This document shows positions 1 through 15,039 of a stretch of 64,000 nucleotides of DNA, one piece after another. Origin of the DNA: Narcine bancroftii (Eukaryota). The stretch covers positions 212,660,001 to 212,724,000 of the forward strand of contig NC_091469.1 in assembly GCF_036971445.1 (NCBI RefSeq), read 5' to 3'. The notes below the pieces were generated by a model. It searched no databases. It saw nothing but the letters and a program-made list of their open reading frames with translations, and had not been told where the DNA came from. A program made the position numbers and the translations under genes. Numbering within the stretch: the stretch's first letter is position 1; every line of letters begins with the position of its first letter.

Positions 1-508
1 GACAGAGAGAATCCATTCCATCTCAATTTCCCGCAGCCGTGGAAAAGCAGCCAACATATTAAAAGGCTCCCCCTTCCCCAGACTCCCTTCTCCCTCCTCC
101 CCACAGAGAAGAAGATTCACCAGAGTGAGATCACATCCCACCAGATTCAAGGACAGTTTCTTTCCCGTGTTATCAGACTCCTGACTGATTCTCACATTTG
201 TAAAATAATGTTATTTTTACCTTGTACCAACTGAAGTGTTCCTTTAACTCTGCACTCCTGGACTGTGAATTATTTACTGGACTGTGAATTATTTACTGGA
301 CTATGTATGGGATGTCCAGCTAGACTACTCCAAAACAAACTTCCTCACTGCACCTTTGTACATGTGACAATAAACCTGAACCCAAGAACAAATTGTAAAT
401 TGACAACAATACCAAGACCTGTTTCAATTTGTAGCCTCAATAACCATAAGATTCCACTCCCTCCTGATGTTTGAGTGAGTGGTTTAAATATTCCACACTC
501 TGCAAATG

Positions 509-1330
<822 letters not shown>

Positions 1331-2404
1331 AGCACTGAAATGGGTTCATTGCCTTGGGGACAAGAGGAGGTGACCAGAGGATAAATCAATGCAGTCTTCC
1401 CCTGGAGTGCACAGTGCCTACTTAGCCCAATGGAGGCTCCTGAGAGTTGGTCACAGGTTAAATCAACAGCGAGGCTGGGACTGGGGGAAAGCATCCTCTA
1501 GCCAGGTGCTGCAAGCCCCAGAACCACGGGAGCCCTCCGTTCAGGGACTCGGTGCTGCACACTGCTTCCAGTGCCTGGCACCCAGTGCTGAATCCCTTCG
1601 GTCCCTGACAAGCGCCTTACCCAGGATGCATTGCCAACTCCCCCAGAAGGCAAATGCGCGGAGCTCAGAACAGCAGCTGCAGAGCCCTTTGTCGAATGTG
1701 GGGCATTGTGGTCAGAGATGCCTTCAATGGTCGGGCACTTATGGGCAGCAAGCAAGCCCCCAACTTGGAAATGCATGCAGGGAGAGTAATGGCTGGGCAC
1801 GAGGAGCTGGGGTTGTCTGACACACAGGAGCTGATTTAAAATCCAGATGAGAAAACTTCTCCTGATGCTGCGAAGTTTATGGACGTGATGTCTGTTGCTG
1901 CCTGTAATACAAAAAGATTATAAGCGGGTTAGGCCATTCGACCCATCGAACTGCCTTGCCATTCCATCATGGCTAATATATTATCCCTTTCAACCCCATT
2001 CTCCTCCCTTCTCCCCCCAACCCTTGATTCCCTTCCTACCACCACCTTAAATATCTCCAATGAATCAGTCTCCTCAGCCACTCACATCAACAAATTCCAC
2101 AAATTTACCACCGTCTGCATAAAGGAATCCCTCCTCTCTGTTCCACAGGAACGTTTTGCATTCCAAGGTTGTGCCCTCTGGTCATAGACTCCCCCACCAG
2201 AGGGAGCATCCTCTCCACGTCCACTATATCCAGGCCTTTCAGTATTCTATGGGCTTCAATGAGATCCTGTCCTCATTCTTCTAAACCCCGGTGAGTATCA
2301 TCCCAGAGCCTTTGAATTCTCCTTATGTTATCATCCTTGTATGCCTCTTCTGGGCCCTATCCAATGCAGAGACTGCTCCTCCTACCCCACCCCAGCTTAG
2401 AAGG

Positions 2405-4655
2405 CAATGGGCGAGAAGAGGAGAGTGATTGGAGACTCGTTGGTTAGACAGGAGGATAGGAGGTTTGCTGGATGAGATCAGGGCTCCTGGATGGCATGTT
2501 GCCTCTCAGGTGCCAGGGTCAGGGTCTTCTCTGATTGAGTACAAAGCATTTTGGAGGGAGAGATTGAGCAGCCAGATGTTGTGATCCATGTGAGGATCAA
2601 TGACATAGATAGAAGTAGGGATGAGATCCTGAAGGAAGAATATTAAGGGATTAGGGATGAAGTTTAAAACCAGGACTTCAAGGGTGGAAATCTCGGGATT
2701 TCTGCCTGTGCCACATGCTAGAGAGGGTAGGAACAGGTAGATGTGACAGATGAATGTGTGACTGAAGAGTTGGTGCAGGGGGCAGGGGTTCAGATTTGTG
2801 GATCATTGGGATTTATTCTGGGGAAGGTGTGATGTGTACAGAAAGGATGGCTGCACCTGAACTAGAGGGGGATCAATATCCTGGTGGACAGGTTTGCTAG
2901 AGCTGTTGGGGAGGGTTTAAATTAGTTTGGCAAGGGGGTGGGAATCAGAGCAAGAGTGTGAGATTGGGGGGCGAAAGACAACTAGATTTGAAGGTTGAGA
3001 GGGAGTAGTAAATATAGATGAAGGAGAGGGAGTAGTAAAAGCAGATGGTAATTCAAGGAGTGAATGTGGGGGACATTCTCTCGTGTATATATTTCAATAC
3101 AAGAAGCATAGTGAGTCAGGTGGATGAGCTTAGAGCATGAATTGACACATGGAAATATGATATTGTAGCCATCAGTGAAACTTGGTTGCAGCAGGGGCAT
3201 GATTGGCAGCTAAATGTTCTAGGATTCCGTTGTTTGAGATATGATAGAACAGAGGGGTTAAAAGGTGGAGGAGTCACATTGTTTGTTAGAGAGAACATTA
3301 CAGCAGTGCTGGGACAGGATAGATTGGAGGGCTCATAAAGTGAGGCTATTTGGGTGGAAGTGAGGAATGGGAGAGGCATGAAGATACTAATGGGGATGTA
3401 TTATGGGCACTTAATGGGCTGTGGGAATTAGAGGAGCAAATTTATAAGGAGAGAGCATATATGTGTAATAAACACAAGGTGATGATTGAGGAAGATTTTA
3501 ACTTTCCACACATTGACTGAGACGCCCATACTTTAAAAGGGCTGGATGGATTGGAGTTTGTCAAATGTGTTCAAGAAAGTTTTCTAAATCAATACATAGA
3601 AGAACCAACTCAAGAGTATTGAATCTCCTATTAGGGAACAAGATAGATCAGGTAACAGAGGATTGAGTTGGGGAGCACTTTGGGTCTAGTGATCATAATA
3701 CTATTAGTTATAGGTTAATAATGGAGAAGGATAGGGCTGAGCCACAGATTGAGATTCTTGATTGGAGCAAGGCTAATTTCAAAGAGATGCCACAGGATTT
3801 AAAGGGTGTGGATTGGGATAATTTATTTTCTGGGAAGAATCTAACAGATAAATGGAGGATATTCAGAGGGGAAATTTTTTGAGAGTACAGAGTCAGTATG
3901 TCCCCGTGAGGATTAAAGGAGTGGTGAGAAAATATAGGGAGCCTTGGTTTTCAAGGGATATTGGGAATTTGGTTTGGAGGAAGAGGGATCTGTACAACTG
4001 GTATAGACAGCAGGGAATAGATGAGGTGTTTAAGGACTATAAGGAGTGTTAAAAAAAATCTTAAGAAATAAATTAGAAAGGTTAAAAGGAGATATGAGGC
4101 TGCTTTGACAGGGAAAGTAAAAAATAAATCCAACATGTTTCTATAGGTACATTAAAAGTAAAAGAATAGAGAGGGATAAAATTGGGCCCCTTGAGGATCA
4201 GAAGAGATGGGGGATATTTTAAATTATTTTTTTTCTTCAGTATTCACTAAGGAAAGGAATATTGAGCCACGCAAAGTAAGGGAATCTAGTAGTGAGGTCA
4301 TGGAAAACATACAGATTAATGAGGAGGTAGTACTGGCTATTTTAAAGAGAATCAAGGTGGATAAATCTCTGGGTCCTGACAAGATATTCCCTAGGTTAAT
4401 GTAGAAATAGTGGGGGCTCTGACAGAAATATTAAAAATGCCATTAGCCATGGGGGAGGAGCCAGAGGATTGGAGGGTAGCTCATGTTGTTCCACTGTTTA
4501 AAAAAGGCTCCAAAAGTAAACCAGGTAATTATAGGCCTGTGAGTTAACGTCGGAGGTAGGTAAATTAACAGAGAATGTTTTTAGAGATGAAATATACAAT
4601 TATTTGGAAAGACAGTTATTTGGAGTAGTCAGTATGATTTTGTACATGGTAAATC
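2405..4655 (+). mobile_element. Old CR1-clade LINE, 5' part (ORF1 SGNH esterase remnant, ORF2 endonuclease/RT remnant)
   Basis: Degenerate GDSxVR...CCLxGA...HVxxND esterase motifs at 2430-2870 and DKSxGPDKIFPR at about 4360, with many stops. Continues at 7236. Confidence 0.85.
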
Positions 4656-7230
4656 TTGTAGGGGTGTATACACTTGTAGGGGTGTATTATAGACCACCCG
4701 GAGGGGACCGAGACCTAGAGGAGCAAATCTGTAGGGAGATAGTAGATATTTGTGATAAGCACAGGGTTGTAATTATGGGAGATTTTAATTTTCCACATAT
4801 AGATTGGGAAACACATTCTGTGAAAGGACTGGATGGGTTAGAGTTTGTGAAATGTGGCCAAGATAGTTTTTTACAACAATATGTAGAGGTGCCGACCAGA
4901 GAAGGAGCAGTGTTAGATCTACTGTTGGCAAATGGGATGGGTCAAGTGACGGAGGTTAGTGTTGGCGAGCACTTCGGGTCCAGTGATCATAATGCCATCA
5001 GCTTCAATGTCATTATGGAAAGGGAGAAATCAGGGCCAAGGATTGAGGTTTTTGATTGGGGAAAAGCTAGATTTGAGGAGATGCGAAAGGACTTGCAGGG
5101 TATGCATTGGGACAATTTGTTTTATGGGCAGGATGTAGTAGAGAGATGGAAGTCTTTTAAAGATCAGATTTTGAGAGTGCAAAAGCTTTATGTTCCTGTT
5201 AGGTTAAAAGGAGGGGCAAAAGGTTTGAGAGAGCCGTGGTTTTCAAGGAATATTGGAAACTTGGTTCGAAGAAAAAGGGAGGCGTACATTAGATATAAGA
5301 AGCATGGAGTTAAGGAGATGTTTGAAAGATACATTGAATGTAAGAGGAATCTTAAGAGAGGAATTAGGAAAGCTAAAAGAAGGTATGAGAAAACTATGGC
5401 TAGCAGGGTGAAAACTAATCCAAAAGAGTTCTACAAATATGTTAATGGTAAGAGGAAAGCTAGAGACAAAATTGGTCCCTTAGAAAATCAGAGTGGAAAA
5501 CTGTGTGTGGAGCCTAGAGAAATGGGGGAGATATTGAACAGTTTCTTTTCTTCAGTATTCACTAAGGAGAAGGATATTGGGAGATGTGGGATAAAAAAAG
5601 CAAATTGGGTAAATATGGGGAATATAGAGATTACAAAAGGTGTAGTTTTAAGGCTTTTGAAGAATATAAAGGTGGATAAGTCTCCGGGACCAGACGGGAT
5701 CTTCCCCAGGACATTGAGAGAAGTGAAGGAGGAAATAGCAGAGGCTCTGGCGGTAATTTTCCAAATGTCGTTAGATATGGGGATAGTGCCGGAGATTGGC
5801 GCATTGCGCATGTGGTTCCGTTATTTAAAAAGGGTTCAAGGAGGAAGCCTGGCAACTATCGGCCTGTAAGTTTGACGTCTGTGGTAGGTAAATTAATGGA
5901 GAAAATTCTTAGAGATAGTACTTATAAACATCTGGATAGACAGGGTCTGATCAGGAGCACTCAACATGGATTTGTGGGAGGAAGGTCATGTTTGACCAAT
6001 CTGATTGAATTTTTTGAAGATGTGGATGAGGGTAGCGCAGTGGATGTTGTCTATATGGACTTCAGTAAGGCCTTCGATAAGGTACCACATGGAAGGTTAG
6101 TTAGGAAGGTGCAGTCTTTAGGTATAAATTTTAAGATAGTCAAATGGATTGAACATTGGCTGAAAGGGAGAGGCCAAAGGGTGGTAGTGGATAATTGTCT
6201 GTCAGGTTGGAGGCCGGTGACCAGTGGTGTGCCTCAAGGATCTGTATTGGGCCCATTGTTGTTCGTTATATACATTAATGATCTAGATGATGGGGTGGTG
6301 AATTGGATTAGTAAATATGCAGACGATACTAAGATAGGTGGAATAGTGGATAATGAAGAAGGTTTTCAAGGATTGCAGAGGGATTTGGGCTGCTTAGAAA
6401 AGTGGGCTGAAAAATGGCAGATGGAATTTAATGCTGATAAGTGTGAGGTGCTTCATTTTGGTAAGAAGAATCAGAATAGGATATACGTGGTAAATGGGAG
6501 AGCATTGAGGAATACAGAAGAGCAGAAAGATTTAGGAGTAACGGTACATCGTTCCCTGAAGGTAGAAACTCACGTGAATAGGGTGGTGAAGAAGGCTTTT
6601 AGTATGCTGGCCTTTATCAATCATTGCATGGAATATAGGAGTTGGGAGGTGATGTTGAGATTGTATAAGACGTTGGTGCGGCCTAATTTGGAGTTCTGTG
6701 TGCAGTTCTGGTCGCCTAATTATAGGAAGGATATAAACAGAGTGGAGAGAGTGCAGAGAAGGTTTACCAGAATGTTGCCTGGGTTTAAGCATCTGGAGTA
6801 TGGGGAGAGATTGGACAGATTGGGTCTTTATTCTTTGGAGCGTAGAAGGTTGAGAGGGGATTTGATAGAAGTATTTAAGATTATGAAAGGGATAGACAGA
6901 ATGGATGTGGATAGACTATTTCCGTTAAGAGGAGGAAAGATTAAAACAAGAGGACATGAGTTAAGAATTAAGGGGCAGAGGTTTAGAGGTAACATGAGGG
7001 GGAACTTCTTTACTCAGAGAGTGGTAGCCGTGTGGAATGATCTTCCGGGAGAAATAGTGGCGGCGGAGTCAATTGTATTATTTAAGAAAAGGTTGGACAG
7101 GTATATGGATGAGAAGAAGATGGAGGGTTATGGGCATTGTGCAGGGAGGTGGGACTAGAAAGGGGTGTTTGGTTCGGTGCGGACTAGAAGGGCCTAATGG
7201 CCTGTTTCCGTGCTGTAATTGTTATGTATA
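4656..7230 (+). mobile_element. Younger 5'-truncated CR1 LINE with near-intact ORF2 (APE endonuclease C-terminus + RT), nested in the older CR1
   Basis: ORFs 4604-5869 and 5812-7158 carry GDFNFP, SDHN, PGPDG, QHGF, GVPQGSVLGP and YADD motifs, with one frameshift near 5794. Flanked by AAATC at 4651-4655 and 7231-7235. Confidence 0.92.
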
Positions 7231-7235
7231 AAATC

Positions 7236-8395
7236 AGGTTTAACAAATCTTATAGAGTTTTTGAGGAGGTTACTAAGTAACCTTAGTAACAGACAACAGT
7301 GGATGTTGTCTGTTTGGACTTTAGCAAGGCATTTGACAAGTTTCTGCATAAGAAGTTAGTTATGAAGGTGCAAGCATTAGATATTAATGTTGAAGTATTG
7401 AAATGGATTCAACAATGGTTGGATGGGAGATGCCAGAGAGTAGTGGTGGAAAATTGTTTGTCAAATTGGAGATCAGTGACTAGTGGAGTGCCTCAGGGAT
7501 CAGTACTGGGTCCTTTGTGTTTGTCATATATATTAATGATCTGTGGAATATAGGCCAGTTAGAAAAGTGGGCTGAAAGATAGTAGATGGAGTTTAATACT
7601 GAAAAGTGTGAGGTGCTATATTTTGGCAGGACTAATCAGCAACGGCCGTACACATTAAATGATTGACAATTGAGGAGTGCAGTAGAACAAAGGGATTTAG
7701 GAATTCTGGTACGTAATTCCTGAAAGTTGAGTCACATGGAGATAGGGTGGTGAAGAAAGATTTTGACATGTTAGCCTTTATAAATCAGAGTATTGAGTAC
7801 AGGAGTTGGGATGTCGTGATAAAGTTTTATAAGACAAGGGTGAGGCCAAATTTGGAATACTGTGTGCACTTTTGGTCGCCGAATTACAGTAAGGATATAA
7901 ACAGCATCGAGAGAGTGCAGAAGAGGTTTACGAAAATGTTTCCGGGGTTTCAGGGTTTGAGTTACAGGGAAAGGTTGAGGAGGCTTGGACTTTATTGTCT
8001 GGAGCATAGACAATTGAGGGGTGATTTGATAGAGGTATTCAAAATTATGAGGGGGACCGAAAGAGTCAATCTGGACAGGATTTTTCCATTGAGAGTGGAG
8101 GAGATACAAACAAGAGGACATGGATTGAGATTGAAAGAGAAAAAGTTTAGGGGAAACATGAGGGGGAATTTATTCACTCAGAGGGTGGTGGGTGTGTGGA
8201 ATGAACTTCCGGCTGAAGTGGTAGATGCAGGTTCGATGTTAATATTTAAGGAAAAGTAGGATAGGGTATATGGACGAGAGAAGTACGAAAGGTTATAGGC
8301 TAGGTGTGGGCCAATAGGACTAGGTGGGAGAAGGTGTTCAGCATGGACTAGAAGGGCTGAACTGGCCTGTTTCTGTGCTGGTATCATTATATGGT
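7236..8395 (+). mobile_element. Old CR1 LINE, 3' part (continuation of 2405-4655)
   Basis: The RT sequence resumes where it was interrupted (..CATGGTAAATC|AGGTTTAACAAATCTT..); DFSKAFDK and GVPQGSVLGP motifs, C-terminal ORF2 and a CR1 3' end follow. Confidence 0.85.
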
Positions 8396-8424
8396 GCAAC
8401 ACACACTTCCTTTGATATGGATCC

Positions 8425-8921
8425 TGTAGTGCGCGTCGAAAGAACCAAAGATTTGTTGATCCAAACCAAGGCTTTTATTAACTAAAAGACTGGAGCATAT
8501 CACAAGTAGGTCGACCAGTCCAGAATGACCTGGTCTGGCTAGGAGCAACCCTTTAAGACTTGCCAGTAGGTGTGGCTACACTCTCAGCCAATCACAGTCA
8601 TCCTACACTACCATCTGTACATATACACATTGGTGATAGAATCTGTACTATCACCTGGTCTGGCTAGGAGCAATCCTTTAAGACCTGCCAGTAGGTGTGG
8701 CTACACTCTCAGCCAATCACAGTCATCCTACACTACCATCTGAACATCTGTACATATACACATTGGTGATAGAATCTGTACTATCACCTGGTCTGGCTAG
8801 GAGCAATCCTTTAAGACCTGCCAGTAGGTGTGGCTACACTCTCAGCCAATCACAGTCATCCTACACTACCATCTGAACATATGTACATATACACATTGGT
8901 GATAGAATCTGTACTATCACA
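8425..8921 (-). mobile_element. Solo LTR with an internal triplication of a 125-133 bp unit
   Basis: TG...CA termini, minus-strand AATAAA near 8475 and near-TSD GATCC/GAGCC. Repeat units start at 8528, 8653 and 8786. Confidence 0.7.
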
Positions 8922-8984
8922 GAGCCCAAAGCTGTGCTCTCATCAATGCTTCATAAAGCCTGATTACATCCCTACTTTTATTCA

Positions 8985-9195
8985 GACATATACCATGGTG
9001 ACAGGCCCTCTTGGTCCATGAATCTGTGCCACCCAATTTATACCCAATTAACCTACACATCCCAGTACATTTTGAATGGTGGGAGATAACCAGAGCACCC
9101 GGAGGAAACCCACACAGACAGAAGGAGATGATACAAACTCCTTACAGACAGTGCCGTATTCAAACCCCATTCCCGATCACTGGCGCTGTAACAGA
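8985..9195 (-). mobile_element. HE1/V-SINE-like SINE
   Basis: Shares the core ACAAACTCCTTACAGACAG and flanks with the other SINE copies in the window. Confidence 0.65.
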
Positions 9196-9279
9196 ATATT
9201 GGGGCTGGATTATATTCTATTGAGTGATTATATACTTTAAATAAAAGCAACCATTCTATTTGCCTTGATTGAAGGAAGA

Positions 9280-12095
9280 AGCTGATTGGACTAAGAGATG
9301 ACAGGTGACCTGAGGAGTGGCAGCAGTTAGAATTTAAAAGGGGGTGAAACAGCAGAAGGAAGCAGTTAAGTATCTGTGTAGTGGAGGGGTCATCATTGGA
9401 GTGGACTGAGTCAAAGTGGTCAGGCTTTGGCTCAGCAGGGTTCAGTGAGAACAGATGAGGGATAGTAGGAGTTGAAGTAAGAAAGGGCCACACTTTTCAA
9501 GGAACAAAATGGATTCAGCAGGTAGACACAGGTAAGGGCAGGATTTAGATATCATATTATTTTGTTCCTCTTGTCATAAACAATGGGAATGGCAGCTAAG
9601 GCAGGGCAATGCTCCTCTTGCAGAATGTGGGTTATCAGTGAAGCCAGCAGAATCCCTGATGACCTCATGTGTGAGGAGTGCATCCAGCTGCAGCTCCTGA
9701 CAAACTGAGTTAAGGAAATGGAGGTGGAGTTGGATAATCATTCAGGAGGCAGAGGGGTGAAAGACAGAAGTTACAGGGATACTATCACATTTAGAAGGCA
9801 GGAGGAGGATAAATGGGTGACAGTCAGAAGAGGGAGAGGGAGATGGAAAGGGAACAGGCAGGCAGTGCAGGGCACCTCTGTGGCCATTTCCCTCAATAAC
9901 AAGTATACCATTTTGGACACTGTTGGTGGTGGGGGGGGGGTTTGGACCTACCATGGACAAGCCATGGCGATCAGGTCTCTGGCACAGAGTCTGGTTCTAT
10001 GGCTAAGAAGAGAAGAGAGGAGAAGAGGTGAGCTGTAGTAATAGGGAATCCATAGTTAGGGGGACAGATAAGAAGTTCTGTGGAAGATATGGAATATCAC
10101 AGATGGTCTGTTGCCTCCCTGGTGCCTGGTATTACAGACTGCCCAATTATCAATAAGAATTTTACGAGCAAATCTGTAGAGAGAAGGCAGATAGCTGCAG
10201 GAAACATAAGGATGTGATAGTAGGAGATTTTAACTTTCTACATATTGACTGGGTCTCCCATACTGTAAAAGGGCTGATGGCTTAGTGTTCATCAAATGTG
10301 TTCAGGAAAGTTTTCTAAATCAACATATCAAGGTACCAATAAGGGAGAGTGCAATACTGGATATCCTATTAGAGAATGAGACAGGGCAGATGACAGAAGA
10401 ATGTGCAGGAGAACATTTTGGGTCCAGTGATCATAATGTCATTAGTTTCAAGTTAATTATGGATAAGGATGAATATGAGATTCTAAATTGGAGAAAGGCC
10501 AATTTTGAGGAAATTTAAAATTAAATTTAATTTTGAAAACAAATTTTAGACATACAGCACATTATGGCCCATTAGTCCGTGCCGCCCAATTTACACCCAA
10601 TTAACCTACCCTCAAGAATGTTTTGAATTGTGGAAGGAAACCAGAGCCCCCAGGGAAAATCCACACTGACTTGGGGAGAACATACAAACTCCTTAACAGA
10701 CAGCATGGAATTTGAACCCCGATCGCTGGCACTGTAAAGGCATTGCGCTAACTGCTATGCCAACCTTGCACACTAAATGAGAAAGAATCCAGAATGCATG
10801 GAATGGGTAAGTTGTTTTCGGACAAGGATGTGCAAGATAAGTGGAGGACCAAAGGTGAAATTTTGAGAGGACAGTTTGTATGTCCGTGTCATGATTAAAG
10901 GCAAGGTTAGCAGGCATTGGGAACCTTGGTTTTCACGGTTATTTGGGATCTTGTTCGTAAGAAGAGAATGGTGTATAGCAGGTATAGGCAACATGGAACA
11001 AATGAGCTACTTGAATATTAAAAAATGCAAGATAAACCAAGAAAGAAATCAGGAAGGCTAAAAAGAAGACATGAAATTGCTTTGGCAGATGATGTTTCTA
11101 CATTAAGAGCAGAAGGATATTGAGGGACAAAATTAGTCCCCTTGAAGATCAGAGTGGTCTGCTTTGTATGGAGTCAAAAATGATGAGAGAGGTTTCAATT
11201 TTTTTTTCATCAGTATTCACTCAGGAAGTGGGCATAGAGTTGTGGGAAACAAGGAACACAAGCAGTGAGGTCATGGAACTTATACAGATTAAAGAGGAGG
11301 AAATGTTTGCTGATTTAAAGTAAATAAGGGTGGTAAAACACCCCAGGGGCTCACAAGACCTTGAGGGTGGCTAGTGTAGAAATTTCAGGGGCTCTGGCAG
11401 AAATATTTAAAATGTCCTTTGCCACAGGTTTGGTGCCGGAGGATTGGAGGGTAGCTCACGTTGCCCCTTTGTTTAAATGAGGCTCCAAAAGTAACCCTGG
11501 AAATTATAGACTGGTGAGCATAACATCAGTACTGTAGAATGTAAATTATTGGAAGGTGTTCTAAGAGATCAGATATACAATTATTTGGATAACCAGATTT
11601 TACCAGGAATGTTGATGAAGGAAAGGCTGTGGATGTTGTCTACATGGACTTTAGTAAGACTCTAAGTATTCATGGTGAAGAGTGAAGTAGATTCAACAAT
11701 GGCTGGACAAGAGAAGCCAGAGATTGGTGCTGTAACCAATGTTGTTGGTCATCTATATCGATGATCTGGATGACAATGTGGTAAATTAGAGCAGCAGGTT
11801 TGCAGATGACACTAACATTGGAGGTATTGTGGACAGCAAAGAATGTTTTCAAAGCTTGCAGAGGGATCTGGACCAGGTGGAAAAATGGGCTGAAAATGGC
11901 AGATGGAATTTAATGCAGACAAATGTGAGGTGTTGCATTTTGAAGGACAAACCAAGAAAGGACAATGGTAGGGCACTAAGGAGATGAAAGAAGAGGGATC
12001 TGGGAACAGAGATGCATAATTCCCTGAAAGTGGTGTCACAGGTGGATAGGGTTGTAAAGAGAGGTTTAGGCGTATTGGCCTACATAAATCAAAGC
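9280..12095 (+). mobile_element. Degraded, internally deleted CR1 LINE (ORF1 zinc-finger/esterase and ORF2 remnants)
   Basis: CSSCRMW...CEECIQLQLL ORF1 motif at 9610-9700, plus GDFNF, SDHN and RT fragments. Interrupted by a SINE at about 10525-10770. Confidence 0.8.
10525..10770 (-). mobile_element. HE1/V-SINE-like SINE inserted in CR1
   Basis: Core GGGAGAACATACAAACTCC and a tRNA-like head at the right end. Confidence 0.7.
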
Positions 12096-14191
12096 TGGCC
12101 ACCTGGCATGGTGACACACTCCCACCTTCACCACCTCTAACACCATATCTTACATTGGCCCTAGCTGTCACCCCGGCCCCGGAGAGTCGTAACCCAGCTG
12201 GGATGGTGGTGGTGGGGGGGGAAGAGCCCTGCCGTGTGAAGCTGAAGCTGGCTGGGGAGTCAGGGGGAATTCGGTTGGGGGAGATCAGCTGGGGGGGGGT
12301 CAAGGAGTGGGAGCATGAGCTGGGCAGCAAGGGTAAAAAAGGGGGAGAACTTTGAGGGGAGGAGAATGTTTCCACAATGATTTCAGTGCAGACCTCAGAT
12401 GATGAGAAAAGAGCTGATCATAACACTCATCCCCATCCCCGATCCATCTTTGCTAGATGGAAAGGGTCCTCAATAATTCTTTGAGGTAGAAGCTGACCGA
12501 AGGAGTATCTGCTCCAAACCTCTCTCCAACATTTGTCAATTGGTGTTTGGAAACTCCTCTCCCGAGGCCTCAGGAGGGGAGAAATGCCTGTTAATTGAGT
12601 TATTCAATGTTTGATAAGGGATCTTAACCCATTGCACTGGGAAAGAGTTCACAGGTTGATCCTTCCATTCAGAACAGTTGTGTCCCCATCAACGCATCAG
12701 TCTTAGTGCTAGAGAAACATGCTGGAGGAACTCAGTAGGTCACGCAGCATGTATAATGAAGGATAAGAATCTTTCGGGCCTGAGCCCAATAAGCAAAATC
12801 AGGCAGGTGTCAGAATAAAAAGGTGGGGGTGAGGAGAGAGAAGAGGAGGGAGAAAAGGATCACTTGGTTGTAGAGCTCGAGTGCAGCAGAGATACAGAGG
12901 AGGAGCAGCGAGAGTGCCTCTCCCAGGCCTCCCTTTCAAGATGGGAGGAGAACCTCTTCAGACTCAACCCACGTGAAGTTTTGGAGGGTGGGAAGAAATG
13001 GGAGCCCCCAGAGAAAACCCACACAAAGGTGGGGAAAACATACAAACTCATTGCAGAGGGTGCAGGATTCAAACCTCTATCTGTGCCGCCCAGGTATGAA
13101 TATTTATAAATATTTCAGAATGATCTTCTCAGTAACGGGGCACTCTCATTAATCTCAGAGCCTGCAAGAAGATTCTATTTCCCAGCCTGCTCGCCCTGAT
13201 TTTGATGCTCTGATATCTTCTACCTGATGGAAGTGGGTCAAAGATGCTGGCAGCTGGAGAAACTCAGCAGTTCAGGCATCATGAGTGGCAGAAAAATAGT
13301 GAGCGTTTCAGGCCAGAGCCCCTCATCGAGTGGTTTGGCTGGTGGAGTTTAGCTCCGGACTCCAACAGTCTCTAGTGTCTCGGCTATTTTTTCAAGTCAA
13401 GTTTATTGTCATCTGATTGCACAAGGACAACCCGACGAGACATTGTTTTCCAGTCCTAAGTTCAAAACATTACACAACCACACATAACACACTGTTACAT
13501 AACAGACTGTTCCCTGGTGTACAAAATGGAGAACATCCAACTCTGGAGGTCTGCGCAGCGCAAAGGACTGCTGTGTTCCAGTCTGCACTGAAACGTGGCT
13601 CAGCGACAGGGTCCTGGATGCCGCCGTTCAGTTGGATCAGCTCACTTTATTTCCAGCTGACAGAAATGCTGCTCTGTATAGTAAAGCCTGTGGCGGTGGC
13701 CTGAGTGTTTATATCAACACAGAATGGTGTACGGACTATGTACTAGTCTCCAGTCACTGCTCAGCACTGGTGGAAGTTCGTCAGGCCCTCGACACCACAG
13801 CGTGGATGTAATGCCACTGGCTGCTGCGACGATTGTTCCCACCCCATGACCCCCAGGGATTTCTCCTGCTTTGTATCATCAATCTTGTCATGATGCATTG
13901 TGGGCAACAGGCATGCACGTTTCTCTGCTGTTGGTACTTTCAGAGTGTTTCCAGCTGTGTGGGGGATTATGGGTAACAAAGACAACCATTAATCCCACTG
14001 TGACCACCGCTTTCTTTCTCTGTTGCTCAGCAGATGGAGTCCAGGAAGGTGGACAGGCAAATTGTGGCTGTTCGGTTCTGCAGACCTTGCCGGGATCCAA
14101 ACCCGGGGTACAGTTGGAACTGACACAAAGCACAAATAAAAAATGGATAATAAAAGCAGAAAACACTGGGACATTCAGGCAGCGTCTAAAG

Positions 14192-14323
14192 CAGAGGTTC
14201 TCAACCTTTTTCTTTCCACTCACATTCCACTTGAAGTAATCCCTTACACAGGATGCCATAGGTGCTCTGCAAGGGATTACTTCAAGTGGTTTGCGAGTGG
14301 GGAAAAAAGGTTGAAAATCTTTG
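14192..14323. mobile_element. hAT-type MITE
   Basis: TIRs CAGAGGTTCTCAACC...GGTTGAAAATCTTTG, internally palindromic, with an imperfect 8-bp TSD GTCTAAAG/GTCTGAGG. Confidence 0.75.
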
Positions 14324-15039
14324 GTCTGAGGGCTCGGACTCCATATGTTGACAATTCTTTCCCCCCCACTAAAGCCCTTCGAGCTGTTGACTTACTCCAG
14401 CAGATTGGATTTTGCTTCATATTCTAGAATTTGCCATCTCTTGAACCTGGACCCTAATGTCTCCAGCTTTTCAGGTCTGATCCTCTTTGATTAATTAAAA
14501 CGTAAACTCTTTCCTGCTTTTGTTCTGATTCGACTTCCAGCATCTGGCAGTATTTTACTTTCAAAAAATAAGAAGTTGAATTTAAGCCTGAAAGGACACA
14601 AGATTCTTTCATTCAAGCATTTAAATTAACAAGCCTTTCTTCTGCCTTTCTCTCTATTTAGATAGCTCATCGCAACCTCCTCTGTCCCTAGGTGAGCTAC
14701 CCAGCTTTTCCACAGACAAACCAGGTAATGGAAGGCCCTCATCTAGGTAATGGAAGGCCCTCATACCGTGAATCACTCTGGGATAATTTCCCAATTCATC
14801 TTCAAAATATCCAAAGGCATGTTTAAAGATTCCTATGAAAGACATCACCCTATTGGCTGGCAGCACAGTTAGCTTAGTGCCTAGTGCAATGGTATTATTA
14901 TGGTGCAAACACTATGGATACAAATCCAGCACTGTCGAGAAGGAGTTTGTACATTCTCCCTGTGATTGTGTGGACTTCCTCTGGGTACTGCTGCTTCCAA
15001 TTATCTTTCAAAAGTGTACGGGATTTGTAGGTTCAATTT

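Noticed and set aside
1409-1415. Perfect RSS heptamer CACAGTG
   Set aside because: No nonamer and no adjacent Ig or TCR segment.
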